Below, piece by piece: positions 1 to 14,143 of a stretch of DNA of 64,000 nucleotides (positions within the stretch are counted from its first letter, which is position 1; each line of letters starts with the position of its first letter). Location: the NCBI RefSeq assembly GCF_001194135.2, contig NC_068992.1, forward strand, positions 33,354,929 to 33,418,928, in the 5' to 3' direction. The position numbers and the translations under genes are program-made. Under the pieces are notes generated by a model. That model was not told the DNA's origin and did no database searches. It saw only the letters and a program-made list of their open reading frames with translations. The DNA is from Octopus bimaculoides (Eukaryota).

Positions 1-4
1 AACT

Positions 5-45
5 TCAAGAAGCACAACAAATGATGATAACCTTTTCTTTTTTAG
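5..45 (-). CDS. Candidate terminal coding exon (9 of 9) of putative micro-exon host gene
   Basis: Acceptor ttttttgcatttctttgagctttttcag. Reads (T)CT AAA AAA GAA AAG GTT ATC ATC ATT TGT TGT GCT TCT TGA = SKKEKVIIICCAS*. Phase matches exon 4435-4478. Confidence 0.35.
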
Positions 46-540
46 CTGAAAAAGCTCAAAGAAATGCAAAAAAAAAAAATAATAAATTTTCTTTTTGGAT
101 TATAAAGACTAAACTATAAAGTGGAGTTTTAAAAAGATAAAAAGAAAGTGTTTTACACATTATGGAATGAGGCAGTAAGAGATGTTATATGGAAGGATAT
201 TAAGAATTTTAAAAGTACGTACACATGTGCTTACCCATATGCAAGCAAATACATGTGCATACATATGCACACATTTATAAACACATATTTGCATTGGAAT
301 GAATTTGAAAGTACAATAAAATATACAGTTAAAGTAACATATAACTTATATAATTACTGTCAAGGTTGAGTTGATTACTCTATGATCCCATTCACCAGAA
401 CTCTTTGCATACACTTTCTCTCTCACTCTTTGCGTTAAACTAATCATGTGACAATGTAATGAATTTCAGTTTTAGTGCATTAATATATTAATAATGATAT
501 TGATAATGAAAATAGTAATAATAATGTTATTGGTACAGAT

Positions 541-720
541 CCTAAAATTTTGAGGGAAGAGGCCTAGTTGGTTACATCAACAACTGTGTTCCACTGGTAC
601 TTAATTCACTGAACCTGAAAGGATAAAAGGCAAAGTTGAGCTCAGTGGAATTTGAACTCAGAATGTAAAGATGGATGAAATACTGCTAAACCTCAGGGTG
701 CTAATGATTCTTCCAGCTCA
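541..720 (-). mobile_element. SINE family A (gagctggcagaa head)
   Basis: Reverse complement of the family seen at 18951, 25464, 31986, 57866 and 61394 (gagttcaaattcc B-box-like motif, ctttgcctttcatcctttc body). Confidence 0.8.
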
Positions 721-830
721 ATATTACTACTACTACTACTACTAAGAACAACAACAACAACAACAACAACAACACTACCAACAACAACAACAACACCAAC
801 AACAACAATGCTGAATAACAACATAGATGT

Positions 831-3800
831 GCTACACTGGGTTCTCCATTAAAAAACAAATCTAATCTTACAACATCAGTGGAATGAGATAAAGGAACCT
901 GTAAAAGGCTCGAAGGAAGTGGCTTGTTAACAAAAATAATCACAAAAACGAAATTTTACTGCCATTCAAAGCACAGTTTCTCCCATACATCATGACTCAG
1001 TGAAACATGTGTGAAAGATACATGGGAAATCAAGATTGGAAAGTTTATAAATTATAAAATATCAGTGGAACAAAACAGTAAGTACGTAAATTGATTAATT
1101 ACACATACACTCAAACATACATTTTAATATCCATAGGACTACACATACATCCCAACATTTACACAACTATGTGAAATTTACAGGATACACATACACGTAT
1201 ATGAAAGCATGTGTCACCAACGAAGCAAAAAGTTACAAAACAATTTTTTTTTAAACTAACACATATAGAGTGAACAATTCATAAGTTTAAGAATGCCACA
1301 AGAAACTATTCCTGGAGATAAATCTATCAAAAAAAAATACAGGTGAATAGAGATCTGTTAGCCATAAGAAGCTACATTACAAACAATGTTTTCATTCAGA
1401 GAACTCAGTGGCAGTGTTGTCTCAAAAGATTAACCCTAAACAGACAGGTCTGTCCCCTAATGTTAATGTCAAAGCTCATCCTGCCTCAATGATAACAAAG
1501 CAAAACACAAATCGGATCATCCGTCACCTGGATCAACAAGGGCCATGTACCCCGGTGAGAAATCAGGCTGGATACGAAAAATCAGTTACTAGTTCAAATC
1601 TTCCCGAAACACAGGAGCTGGAAGTACCCCACAACCAGAATATTTCACCAGATGGACATCTATGATAGTCATCAAATAACTAAAAGAAAAAGAATGAAAA
1701 ATGATCTAGGGGAGATAATAAAGAAGTTCATAAGGCCTTCTATTTTGCCATCTATTTCCCCACAAATATAATACAGATCAAGCCTACCTAAACTGGAGAC
1801 AGAAGCATAGACAGTAACAAACTTGCCAACATCAGAAGAAACATTATGAAAATAAAATTACTCACTGAATTAGAAATTGACCAAATTAAACAGTCAGTGA
1901 GGGATAAAAGGAATGAAGTTGCAGCTAAAGAAGATACTACAGAGGAAATAATTATAGACCAACCCAGGTTTGATGAAAATTCAGTTATGATAGAAAGAAT
2001 TAGTGTAACTGATGAATAAAGTGAATTACTCCCTGAACCAACAATAAACACCAAGGCAGATGAAAATCAAATAGATGTAGAAAGTCACACAGAAATTATT
2101 CAACTGAATTAGATGATCTAAAAAGTCAAATCATGATTGAATGGCTGAAAATTAAAGAAACTAGTGTGAATGAATGTGACACTCTCCCAAAAATTCGCAA
2201 CTCTAACCAAAACCTGAAAGTAATTGGTAAATCTGCCATGCACTTATGGATATAATTTCAGCTAATGATGTTGATATCACAGATCTCAATCACCTGTACT
2301 ATGCATCCGCAAAAATCTCAATGATTCTATGTGGTGAAAAGATTACAAAACGACATCATTCCCACAAAAAGCCTACTTTGCAAGAGCGTATTCAACATGA
2401 AGTTCAGTTACTTAGGTCAAAGAAGAAGACCAGGAATTTTGGAATAAAATTTGGGCAGAAGGAAAAACACAATAAAAAGGTCCCTTGGATTGCTAGATTA
2501 TCTACTGACTTAGACTCCTTAGAAGAGCAAAAATTGCAGGGTATCAAGGTAGAGGATGTAAGACCTGCTCTCGGGAAGTCAATTAAATGAAAATCTCCAG
2601 CAAAGGATAAAATTCCTAACTTCTGGTTGAATGCCTTCCCAGAGAGACATGGACTGCTAACTAAACTTTACACCAATGTTTTCCAACAATCTAGTATGAT
2701 TCCCTCTTGGCTAGTTAATGGTGTTACATTCCTACTTCCAAAACATGAAGAAACAAATGAACCAAAAAATTATAGACCTGCTTAACAACAATGTATAAAA
2801 TATTAACATCTGTCTTGATTGCATATACCTATAGCTTTTTAATAGAAATTGTCATATTCCCTAATGAGCAAAAAGGATGTAAATGTGGGTCCTGTGGTTG
2901 TAAAGATCAGCTACTCATCAATAAGATGATCTTGGAAGATTGTCACAAACAACACAAAAACTTGTCTATAACCTGGATAGACAATAAAAAAGCTTTTGAT
3001 AGTCTACTATATAGCTGGATTAAGAAATCTCTGGAAATGTATAAAACTTCTTGTCTGTAAGTATGGGATCATGGAGTACCACACTAACTTTGAACAGTGA
3101 CAATGGATCTCTTAATGCTGGAGATGTAAGATTTCATGTGGCATTTTCCAGGCTGACTCTCTATCACCATTCCTTTTTTGTCTAGCCTTAATACCTCTAT
3201 CGAAATTGCTCAATGATATACAATATGGCTATAAAATGTTAAAAATATAAATCATATCTTTTACATGGATGATTTAAAGCTCTTTGCAAAAAATAACCAG
3301 CAACTACAGGGCTTACTAGCAATTATTAAACAATTCAATGATAACATCAAGATGCATTTTGACTTCGATAAATGTGCAAAAGCTATCTTTATCAAACGGA
3401 AAATGACAGAAACATCCAACATTAATCTTGACCAGCAGAATGTCATAAATGAATTAGAACCACCAGAGAGCTACAAATACCTAGGCGCATTTGAAGGTGA
3501 TGGAATCAAACATTCAGTGATGAGGGAAAGGATCAGAAAAGAATGTTATCACACAGTAAGGGCAATATTCAAGACAGAGCTGAATGCAAGAAACAGGATC
3601 AAAGCAATCAATACTTTAGCCATACCGGTCGTGACTTACAATCTCAATATCATTAACTGGTGAATTACTGAAATATGTAATCTTGACGGAAAAATACGGA
3701 AATTATTTGTGGGAACACAAATCACCTCCAGTGCTTGAAAATGATCACATCTCACTCCTCTGGAACTTCATTGTTCAAACTGACAGAAAGATAGATGCGA

Positions 3801-4148
3801 ATAGGTCAGACATTATATTGAGAGACTTCAGACAAAAATCCTGCCTGCTCATTGATATGACTGTCCCAATCGTTATAAATGTATCTGTCAAGACCTACCA
3901 ATAACTGAGCAAGTTTAAAGATCTTGAAATAGAAATTGGCAAAATGTGGAACCTCAAGATTAAAACAATACCTGTTGTCATAGATGCCCTAGGAATGATA
4001 GCGAAAGGGGCTGATTCCTATCTAACTCAGGTATTAAGAAACCCCAAAATGGCTCAAGTTCAAAAGGTATTACTCCCATATCTTACGTATTCTTACATTT
4101 TCTTAAACATTCTTCCAGCTCACTACTACTACTACTACTACTAACAGC

Positions 4149-4179
<31 letters not shown>

Positions 4180-4345
4180 CCAACAACATTCTTTAGAGCA
4201 ATGCTGTGTGCAAAATGAAATATATGACACCCTAGGCATAACACCAACAGGAACTTCTAACTTGTCTCTTGAGGTCTCTGGGTAAGACTTGGAGTCAGCT
4301 TGTACAAATACAAAGCTAAAGTCAAACATATGATGATGATGATGA
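831..4345 (+). mobile_element. Dong/R4-clade non-LTR retrotransposon, near full length, degenerate (RT + restriction-like endonuclease)
   Basis: ORF pieces: KDQLLINKMILED..WIDNKKAFDS, MDDLKLFAK, YKYLG, ELNARNRIKAINTLAIPVVTY, and REL region LLWNFIVQTDRKIDANRSDII..LLIDMTVP..KTIPVVIDALG. 3'UTR ends in (TGA)n at 4331-4345; 5' flank is (TAC)n(AAC)n. The 5' boundary is uncertain. Confidence 0.85.
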
Positions 4346-4434
4346 CTCAAGGGAACAATTTTGAACATAATTTCTGTTGAGCTTGCTTTTTCACTTGATT
4401 TAGACTAAAATTGGCATGCTAATTTCAAACTTAC

Positions 4435-4478
4435 AGTCCGTTTTGTATCTCATCAAGTCTTTTTCAACTGCTTCTTCT
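4435..4478 (-). CDS. Candidate exon 8 (44 nt) of putative micro-exon gene
   Basis: gtgcttattcag|AGAAGAAGCAG...ACGGACT|gtaagt. Only one open frame: EEAVEKDLMRYKTD. Confidence 0.5.
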
Positions 4479-4829
4479 CTGAATAAGCACAATTGTATTG
4501 TTTGTCTATGATCTATTGTCTGGACATCTGCTTTTATCATTTATTGTTAACACTAGGGAATGTTTTGGAAAAACTTTTAGTTGTCTTTCTTTTTACAATT
4601 ATTCCTATCTGGTTCTGGGTTCAGAAATGCTCTAAGAAATTTTCTGTCACATCAAGTCTTTGCTAAGTAGGAATTCATTTTTTACAAGAAAAATGTCAAT
4701 TTTGCCATTATTCTGAAATAAGAGAATAACACATATCAAACATTACTTTTTATTGTTTAATAAATAATTGTGCAAAATGTTTAATTACACATCCTAGGAT
4801 ACATATTTGTGTCAAACTGGAGTTTCAGT

Positions 4830-5480
4830 AACTCAAAGAGTGAACTTTCTCTTTGCTGCTTTACAGGAATAACTTGCATCATGACGGTCTCTTTGTAGAG
4901 ACCAGCAATAATCAGCCATCACGTCTGTGTTCCACCTGCCTTGATACCTAATCTCCATGATCTTGATGGAATCTTTCTCCTTTCTCATCACTTATTGCAC
5001 TATGATTTTCAATGAAGTAATCCAGATCAATGTGCAAGAAATGCATTTTTACACTCATGTTGCTCAAAAACTGGTTACCATGGTCTGCACAAGTTCTTCA
5101 TAATTTGGTGATTCCTGTTTCCCAGAAAATCAGACATAATTGCAAAAAACACAGTCCATGCTTGTTTTTCAGCACCAGACACAGTCTCCAAAAACTGCTC
5201 ATCCTACAATTGTCACCTAATTTGTGGCTTATCAAACACACCAACCTCAATTTTCTCTCAAGACAAAGCTGGAAGTTTTCTGATTAAGTATTTGAAATAG
5301 TCACTGCCTCAGTGTTTCAACACATGTTTTACACAGTGGAGTGCCTAGGCATGCCAAAGTAATGTAAGCCCTTATCACAAAATCTGTGATTTTGCTTTGC
5401 TGCCTAGGTAAAGTGTAACATTCACACAAAAAACATCAGAGCTGTTTTTGCATTTTTTTTTCTCTCTCACAATTGGCCAT
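4830..5480 (-). mobile_element. Chapaev3-like (CMC) DNA transposase remnant, internally deleted
   Basis: N-term CKNSSDVFC..TLPRQQSKITDFVIRAY joined to C-term EKIEVGVFDKPQIR..FLGN..MSVKMHFLH..DEKGERFHQD..RYQGRWNTDVMADYCWSL. Possible terminus ...tttcccagtg at 6231. Family name is from recalled consensus. Confidence 0.7.
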
Positions 5481-8400
5481 ATTTCTGAAACACATAACAT
5501 ATATTCAAGTCAAAAAGCACTTTTGGAATTGTCAACAGTAATAAAGTAAGCAAATACAGATTCGCGATGGCAAACTTCCATAAAGAGCATACATACTATG
5601 TAGTTCTTCCAACAGTTCTTTAACCATGCTTGTGACCTCACAATTCAAACATGAAGAGCACAAGAAAAAATTTTCAAAAGAAATTGATAAAGATGCAGCA
5701 AACATTTTCTCACCTGGTTTGCAATCATGGCCACACTAAATCAAGTAAAATGTAGGTATATCTGCAGGTAAATTTCACAAATATGAGATATGTATGATGT
5801 CAAGAGTAACTGAAATGTGTTGTTTATTAACATCTAATTGTATAAAGGATAATTCTGTCATCATCATGATTCTTAAAACTGGTTAGATTAAAAATAGTGG
5901 AAATTGCTCAAGTTTGATGCTTTTTGTTTGCTAAAAATACTGAAATCATGACTTTCGTTTTCACTTTTGCAGCTGCATTGACATTAAATGATATTGAAAA
6001 ACTATATTTTCAAAATTATCTCAGGCTCAATAAATGGGTCTGCATTGGATGAAACCAACTCTATCCTTAGAAATGGTAACAATACCAAAATGTTGAAAAA
6101 TGGACATTTGAGTTTGTGAAAAATTTTGACATGATATAGCCAAATGGTTTTCAGTTTTGCAATCAGCACTACAAAATTACTAGAAAATATGTCTCTGCAA
6201 TACCAGGCAGCAAGAACAGTGTTTCCCAGTGCAATAGATGTAAGGCAAAAATAGCTTTCTCAAACAGTAATTTTGTAAAACAATATCATAAACTGGTTGG
6301 ACAAGAATGGTAAGACAGCTGGAGAACATGTGCTTAATCTGGAAGGCTTTTGCTGTAGTATCATAAATATGCTACAGGCATATGATAAAACGACAATGAC
6401 AATGTCTTAGAAACTTTTTCTGAAAATATTTGTCACAAATGAAAATGTTCATCTCAAAATTTACTGGTTTTGTTTCATTATTTCATAAGCTGTTTGCATA
6501 ATCCCTGAAATCACATGTATATATTTAATGTTCTCAAGACACATGTACACAATTTTCATCCATCTTTCACCCCATATATGATCATTCCTAATATAGCTTA
6601 CCATTAACCATATATTGAACACAACCCACTCTGGTCAATCCTGCTGCTTACTGATAATTCCACCCCATCCATAGCAACAACTTCTATAAATACTGAGTTA
6701 TTAACTGATCAAATATTCTTGAGATATATTTGAACCCATCAGAAAGCTATTCACTGTGCTTTGTCATGGAGAAACTTTTTCTCATTGTAAACAAAGTGTA
6801 AGTACACCAGAATCAGCTTGCAGCACCACCTGCCCAGACTATGAGTTGTAAGCATTTCAGAATGGTTATCTCCTCTCACTGTAATTCTTCTGTATTCATT
6901 ATTCCTCTAAAGTGTGCAAACTCATATTTGAGGGAACTTTGAAGTTACTGGCACTTTTCAAAAACTTTTTACTGTGTTTTTCTAGTAACATCTATTACAG
7001 TCTGAAAATGTGTTTGTGTCTTTGTATGTGCATGTGCATGTGCATTAACAAAAAATGTAAAACTCTCCAAGTAAAAGTAAAAACTAGTATTTTTTTAATT
7101 AAAAAAAATACCTTGCATGGTATTTGTTCTACCCAAATTGAACGGATGCTCCCTTGTCATTCTTGCCATCATAAATGCAGTGAACCAGTGATTGGTCATT
7201 GGAAACATATAATCAATGACTTTATTGCTCACAAAGTGTGATGTAAAATAAAAATATAAAATAAATTTCAATGAGGTAGACTGAGCCATTTAATAATTAT
7301 GTGTACTGGTTTCAGACACAATACAAAATACATTGTGCTAACTTTACAGTTTTTTTTTTCCATACTCTATTAGCTTTGCTGTCTGTCTTTTCATGCTGTA
7401 ACTATTCTTCCAAAATACCCAGCTATTTTCTCAGTGCAGCAGTCTTCTCTAGGCGTATATTTCACATACATGGCATTAGTGAAAGTTTATTTCACTTCCC
7501 ATTTGCAGCTTCTCCTATCTCTCAGTAACACACATGTACATACAAATGGTACATATGTTATAACACATTGCTTTTCATTGCAGAGATAATTCAGTAAAGA
7601 AAGCTGTTATTTAAACTACAGTGTAGAAATATTATGTTTGAAAGCTGCTTCAGTAATAATAAGGTAGTCTTGTCAATAGATTATTGCCAACTTCCTGCAA
7701 TCGTCACAGCACTCTGTTAAACGAGAGCTAATCACATGCACTAATGCACCAGCACATTTAACAGCTTTATGGTCAGTTTACTTCGAGCTACTTGAAATCA
7801 CACTATTCTTTAGGAACTTCCTCAGCTGTAATGTTATTATTCAGATAAAAGGATATTTTACTATCCCCAATGAATTACTAAATTTCACTGTCTTCACACA
7901 TTCCCTGCTATCCTTCTGATCTAAGGTGCCACAAAACTCCTCCTATTTGGCTCTCATTAAAACCAGTTAATCCTCAAGTTAACAAGGAAATATCTACATA
8001 GTCACTCAACCTTCTAGAAATAATAGTCAAATCTCCTCAAATTACACCTCACCATGTTTAAAATGAATGGACACACTGGATAAATGTAATCTAAGATACA
8101 CTATGCCTAAAAAGAAAAAGATTACCAAGCAATTAAACAGTAAGAAATTAATCATCTTTACTAATCTATTAAAAGTAGTACTTTATTGTGGATGTGTGAT
8201 TGTTCCTAGGTCATCCCTTGTTAATGTATATGAAATCAGGATCAAAGTTAAGTCCAATCAAGACCATACTTTTTTATTCTTGAATACTGCACTGAGGACA
8301 ACATTATCAAATATGACAGAAGAATAAGATTTGAGGGAAATTCAGTTGCTATTTCTAGATGGACAACTAACAATTTTGAGGCTTATCAATGTTATTGTAG

Positions 8401-8484
8401 CTATCAATGTAATTGCTGGTAACCTGATCACCTTTTTGGTTTATTCTACAAGTAGTTGATTGAAAGAAGCTGTAGCCATCGAGT

Positions 8485-11400
8485 CTGTGGTGGATCTGCA
8501 TTATTGGGGCTCTGAAGCTTAAAATGCTATGATGGGGGGAGGGGGGGGGGNNNNNNNNNNNNNNNNNNNNNNNNNNNNNNNNNNNNNNNNNNNNNNNNNN
8601 NNNNNNNNNNNNNNNNNNNNGGGGGCTTTACAACCAGCAACAGTAGGATAATGTCCAACAAGATTCAAAGTATTTTCGTGCCCTTGCAAGGATCTCCAGC
8701 CTTGAGGCCTTGATAGCCCAAAAGGTAGAGTGTTGATGTGGAGTCCTTAAAGATGAGTTTGACAGTGAGCCCTCTTTCCAACAGAAACAAGAAGTAGGCA
8801 ATCACTGATATCTTTATCAATGTGGTTGTTCCATGGCAGATCACCACAATTTTCTTTACAAATTTAAGCACTACATTTCACATTGTGATTGTCGAAGTCA
8901 CTAATGTGAACAAATATTTTCCAGGCTATGCCTTATACTTTTAGAGTTATGGGGGTTGAAAATTAGGGAATCGTTATATACATGCATGATGCATTATAGA
9001 ATAAAGACATAAAACATAACAAATACCACAGTTAATATAATCTAATATTAATCTTATATTTAAGATACATATGAAAATTACAAAATACCTTTTTTTCTGT
9101 TCTTTGTAGCAACGTATTTTCTTACAGTTTTGTCATATGAGAGCTTCTTTGCAATGCCATTTTCTAGAAACAACATGCATAAGAAATTTAAGTGCCTCCA
9201 GTTATGGTGGACCGAAATTTATTCCTTATAAAGGAAAGCTTTGAGAAATTCCTTTCTGTGTCACAGCTCGTGATAGGCATTTTCAAGTACAGTTTAATTG
9301 CAGTGGTAATATTAGGGAACACTTCAATTAATGGTTGCTCGAAAATAAGCTAAAGAACTTCTATGCCTTGTATTTTAGATGATCTGCTTTCTTCTGTGTT
9401 CCAGGATTTCCTAAGGTGTAAATACTCATTGAACTGATAACAATCATTTACTAATTTGTGGTCAATATTGTCTTTGTAATGCAATATTATAAGTTCAATA
9501 CTATCTTCATCAAATTCTGAATTGGTCATCAATTCTGAGAGCAACTTGAACTTTTTCACAATCTGGATCCATATGGGTCCATCCTCCTGCCTAACTAGAT
9601 TATCAAGCAGTCATGGACTTGATTCTATCCTAAATTTTTCAGCCTCTTTCAAAGAAGCCCTATCACGTGTTCCATCTGCAAATTTCTTTGTAACAATGTA
9701 TTTGTATGTATCAGAATAATTTGAGGTGATATATTCACATAAACCTTTTGCTACTGATTCATAGTGTGCAATCCTGTTGACTGAATTTTCTTGTAGTTTT
9801 TTAACAGATGAAAGCAAAGATGTTAGCAGAAGGTAACCTTCAAATACATCACGAGCAGGGGTTTGGAGTTTCTTACTTATTTTGTTAAAATGCTCCATAA
9901 CTTCTCCCCAAACGACTGTTAAAACAGCATATTCCAATTTTACCAACTTGTGGTATAAATTTTTTACATCTCGCTTACATTCAGGCATCTTTTCTGAGTC
10001 ATCAAACATATGTTTGAGAGTTTGTAAAATATCCTTATGGCCATTTTTAATTGCCTGGACTGCTTCATTGTATGCAGACCATCTAGTTACACTTAAGCTC
10101 TTTTGAAAAAAGGCTAGATTGCCCAGTGTGTTTAAAATCCCCCATCTTTGAGGAGATTCAGAAATGAAAACATACAGCTGCTGCCAAAATAGTCAACAAC
10201 TTCAGGTACAGTAGACACTGCTTTTTCTCCAACAAGCTTGTGTGAACGGCTTGCACATGGCACATAGTCTGCATACTTGTTAATGTTTTTAAGAAATGCA
10301 GCCCGTTCTCTGAGCCCTTCATGCTGGAAGCATTATTATACAACTGACCATGGATATTTTCAAGTGAAAGCTTATGCTCCCCCAGGAATTGTGTTATTTT
10401 GTTGAACACAGTTATGGATGAATGGTTTTCTATTGGAAAAAAGGCTAAAAATCTCTCACAGGCCTTCCTTATAAGAGTATCGAACCACAATTATCAGCTG
10501 GTCAACATGTGTTATGTCAGGAGTGGAGTCAACTATAATTGAGTAGTATTTGATATCTAAGTTGTTGATCTGATTCACCACTTTATCTTTCACATGTTTT
10601 CCCATGATTTCTATTAATTCTTCATACACGGATTTGGATAGGTAAGTAATACTTACTTGTTCATTAAAAAATTTTTCTAAACGTTCATGTAAAAATGTGT
10701 CAAACTCCACAATATGCTCAATAGTCACCATGAAATTTCCATTGTTGGGGAGCCCCACTTTTCCTCATGACCTCTAAATGCTAAACCTCTTTCACTTTTT
10801 AAGTACTTCAAAATAGTACTGCATGTTTTTTTCTCAACTGTTCATCAAGTTGCTGATCCACAGTGTTTTTATTTGACTTCCGTGTTAGCCAGCTCAACAT
10901 TACCTTGTTATGTTTCATGCCATCTTCATGATTTTCTAGAGTGCTGAGTATAGTCATCCAATCAGAAAACCCATCCATTGTAAGTGATATTTGGCATTTA
11001 GAAAAGAGTTTGCTCTTTGAGGAATCTAACTAGGATCTCATCACAGTTTGACCATTTTACAATCTTGTTTTCAAAGTACTTGTTTGAGAAACTTCGATTT
11101 TGATGTTTATAAATCTTATTGGATTCAGTATATATATTATCTGTTTTTCCTTTTTTTAATTTTGAAAAAATGTGATGTTTTGCATTAAACAATTTTGTAT
11201 GAAATCATTATCACATGGTACGGGCTAGTTTGCCTGGTCACTGTATTCTTTATAATCACTAAATTTGCTTCCTGTTTCTGTTCTCTTTTTTCTTGAAGTT
11301 CTTGACCACTATGATCATTATCGGCACCAAAAGTGTCGACAGTAGGTTGATTATTGTTAAACAGAGCACCCATGGCTGGTGCTCTATCACTGACTTCACT

Positions 11401-12057
11401 GGTGCTTGCATGACTTGTTTCAGTTGCAGGTGATTACAAACTTTTACTTGACATTATAAAATAGATTGATAGTTTTTGACATTTAGAAATTTCATTAGAT
11501 TGCTTTTCCTTGAGTTGGCATTTCTGGTATCCACTTAAGTACTTTTTGAAGACATTGCAATTCCTCCTGTGGTCTAGACCTCCCTGAAAAAAAATTGCGG
11601 TAATATTTTCCTTAGCAAGACAGAGATCAATCAAGATAAAGGTCCACAACTTAATATATAGTCATAAAGGAAGAATTGTATATTTTGTACAAGGTGATAT
11701 TCAAACAATTTTGAAGTAGAAAAAATGCTTTGTTACTGAACAGATTGTAAGAGGGCAGGGCTAAAGTTTCCAAAATAATTCAAGGAAGGCAAATTATCTG
11801 CGAATCATTTGTACTTTTATTTTTTTAAATACTCTACACTGGCAGAAATAGTGGGTGGAACAACCATGGCTAGACACTGCATGCCTAGACTATGAGATGA
11901 TGTTGTCCACTAAGACTGCGAACAGCAATCTGCATGGCAAAGTAAAAAAACAAAAAAATTGACTGAATGAAGAAACTAAATGGCTTCAGAGGAGCCCCTC
12001 TGGGATTAGGGTCCCTGAAGCTTAAGCTTCATTAGTCATATAGTAGATCTGCCACTG
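8485..12057 (-). mobile_element. hAT DNA transposon, full length, degenerate transposase (~9080-11550)
   Basis: Termini ctgtggtggatctg and (rc) cagtggcagatcta; degenerate 8-bp TSD catcgagt/catccatt (6/8). Motifs YYSIIVDSTPDITHVDQL and C-terminal dimerisation FPNITTAIKLYLKMPITSCDTERNFSKLSFIRNKFRST. Confidence 0.85.
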
Positions 12058-12699
12058 CATCCATTTTGAGTCAAGGAGCTTGTTTTCAGATCGAGTGGAA
12101 AGAATGCATGCTTCACTAGTTAAAGACAATAAATGATAGTAGCAGAACATTTGTTGTTACAGTGTTTAGGCCAGGTGAATGTCTGGGAAATTTCAGTAAA
12201 TTATGGAGGGTGATCAACCAGTTCAAAGCTACAGTTGTGCACAGCAGCCATTGAAATCAAGGAGTTGTGAGCTGGAGCTCCAAAATATTATTCAAGTTTT
12301 CTGGGTGTATTTGAATGAAGACCTCAATTCTCTATGAAATTTGTTCATATTCATTATTGTGTCCTTTCCTTCTAGGACAATACAGGTTACTACCCACAAG
12401 ATTCAAATATGCAAAAGAAAACAGATAATTTTAGATGAGGTCTGGATTAATTAATACACTTCTGCCATTGCTGATTCATCAAATACTAAAATATTCTAAA
12501 TAACCTCAAAAATAATATGGACTGCTAGGAGACAGATTTTTCATTATGCAGTTAAAAACTTTGGTAAGTAATGATAATGAAGTGATAGTCTATAATCATC
12601 ACTATTTATAATCAGTCTTATATCTATAGCTCATACATTAAGAAAGGTAAAAGTAGAATATGAATTAGTAAAATATTAATAAATTATGAACCAACAATT

Positions 12700-13520
12700 A
12701 CTTATGAATAACCTGAAAATATTCAGTAAGAATGAAAACTCGCTCTGGCAAACAGTTTATGAATATTCAAGAAAGACATAGAAACAGAATTTAGTATTAA
12801 TAAGTGTGGCATCCTTACCACTAAGGGGAACAAATAATCTGGGATTGGAGGAATTGAGCTTCCCACAGATGAGAATATAATGTAAAGTGGTAAGTGTATT
12901 TAGAAGATTTAAAAATGGTTAGCATAAAAAAATAAAAATTAAGGCTACACCAAAAAAAAAAAATAAATAAATATATTAGAAGAGAAAAGGAAATATTACA
13001 AATCCCTCCTGAGTAGCAAAAATGTTATTAGAATTAAGAACTCACATGCTTTCTTGATTGATATAATGCAGGTGTCATCAAATAAAACATCCAAAGACTA
13101 AAGAATACTAATAGAAAGACTCTTAGAATTGCTCTTACTACACTATACATTTCATAAGAATAGTGATAATAAGAGACTGTATGTGAAATACAGTGGATGA
13201 TAAGAAGGGCTGAGAATTAGGAATGAAGAGAGCAACACATACATGAAAAGAGAAAGAAAATATCATTGGAAAGCAGGAAAGAAAAACTGAATGAAGAAAA
13301 GATGCATGAAATTCTCATCAAGAAGTGTATTGGACATCGGCATGGATCTAGGATTACTTAAGGAAATGGAAAATGAAGAAAGCCCTTGATGGCATGTTAA
13401 TAATATCTGAAGAATAAGCTATAAAGATAAGAGTAATTAGCAAACATATAGGTAAGTAGAATATATTGACATGATGTCAAGTATGTGCTGAAAGAAGTTA
13501 TTGTTGTCTACTTTGTATCA
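12700..13520 (+). mobile_element. Old Dong/R4-like LINE fragment
   Basis: Highly decayed RT C-terminal traces (..EFSINKCGIL.., LSSKNVIRI.., KRLYV..GL), many stops. Confidence 0.45.
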
Positions 13521-13669
13521 GCGTGTAAGAAACTAGCACAGAAACAGAAAAAAAGGCTAAAGACATGACAAAAATGTATATGAGTTATATGCACTTTTTG
13601 CATATATAGGTAGTTGTATAAAACATGCAAACAGCAATGACAACAGCAACAATAATAATAACTCTTTCT

Positions 13670-13808
13670 ATTATAGGCACAAGGCCTGAAAGTTTTGGGG
13701 GAAAGGGTTAGTCGATTACATTGACCCCAGTACAAGACTGATACTTGTTTAATCAATGTCTAAAGGATGAAAGGCAAAGTCGACCTCAGTTGAATTTGAA
13801 CTAAGAAC
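13670..13808 (-). mobile_element. SINE family A, partial, followed by (GAT)n(TAA)n microsatellite
   Basis: aggatgaaaggcaaagtcgacctc..tttgaact. Confidence 0.75.
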
Positions 13809-13835
13809 ATGATGATGATGATGATGATGATAATA

Positions 13836-13895
<60 letters not shown>

Positions 13896-14143
13896 GCAAC
13901 AACTACTCCAACAATGAACAATTTGATAATAACAATGTAAAACATTCTTAATAAGGACATGAAAAAGGGTAGTTTTAAAAAAGCCGATAAGCAAACACTC
14001 GCAGGCATGGCTGAGTGGTAGGAAGCTTGTTTCCCAACCATATGGTTCTGGCTTAAGCCTTGGGCTGACCAAATCTTTGTGAGTGGATGTGGTAGATGAA
14101 AACTGAAAGAAGCCTGTCATATGTGTGTGTGTGTGTATACATA

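Noticed and set aside
5714-5809. Minus-strand exon with cag acceptor and gtgaga donor
   Set aside because: The 96-nt form has stops in all frames; the 22-nt form does not fit the chain phase and probably lies in the Chapaev-like element.
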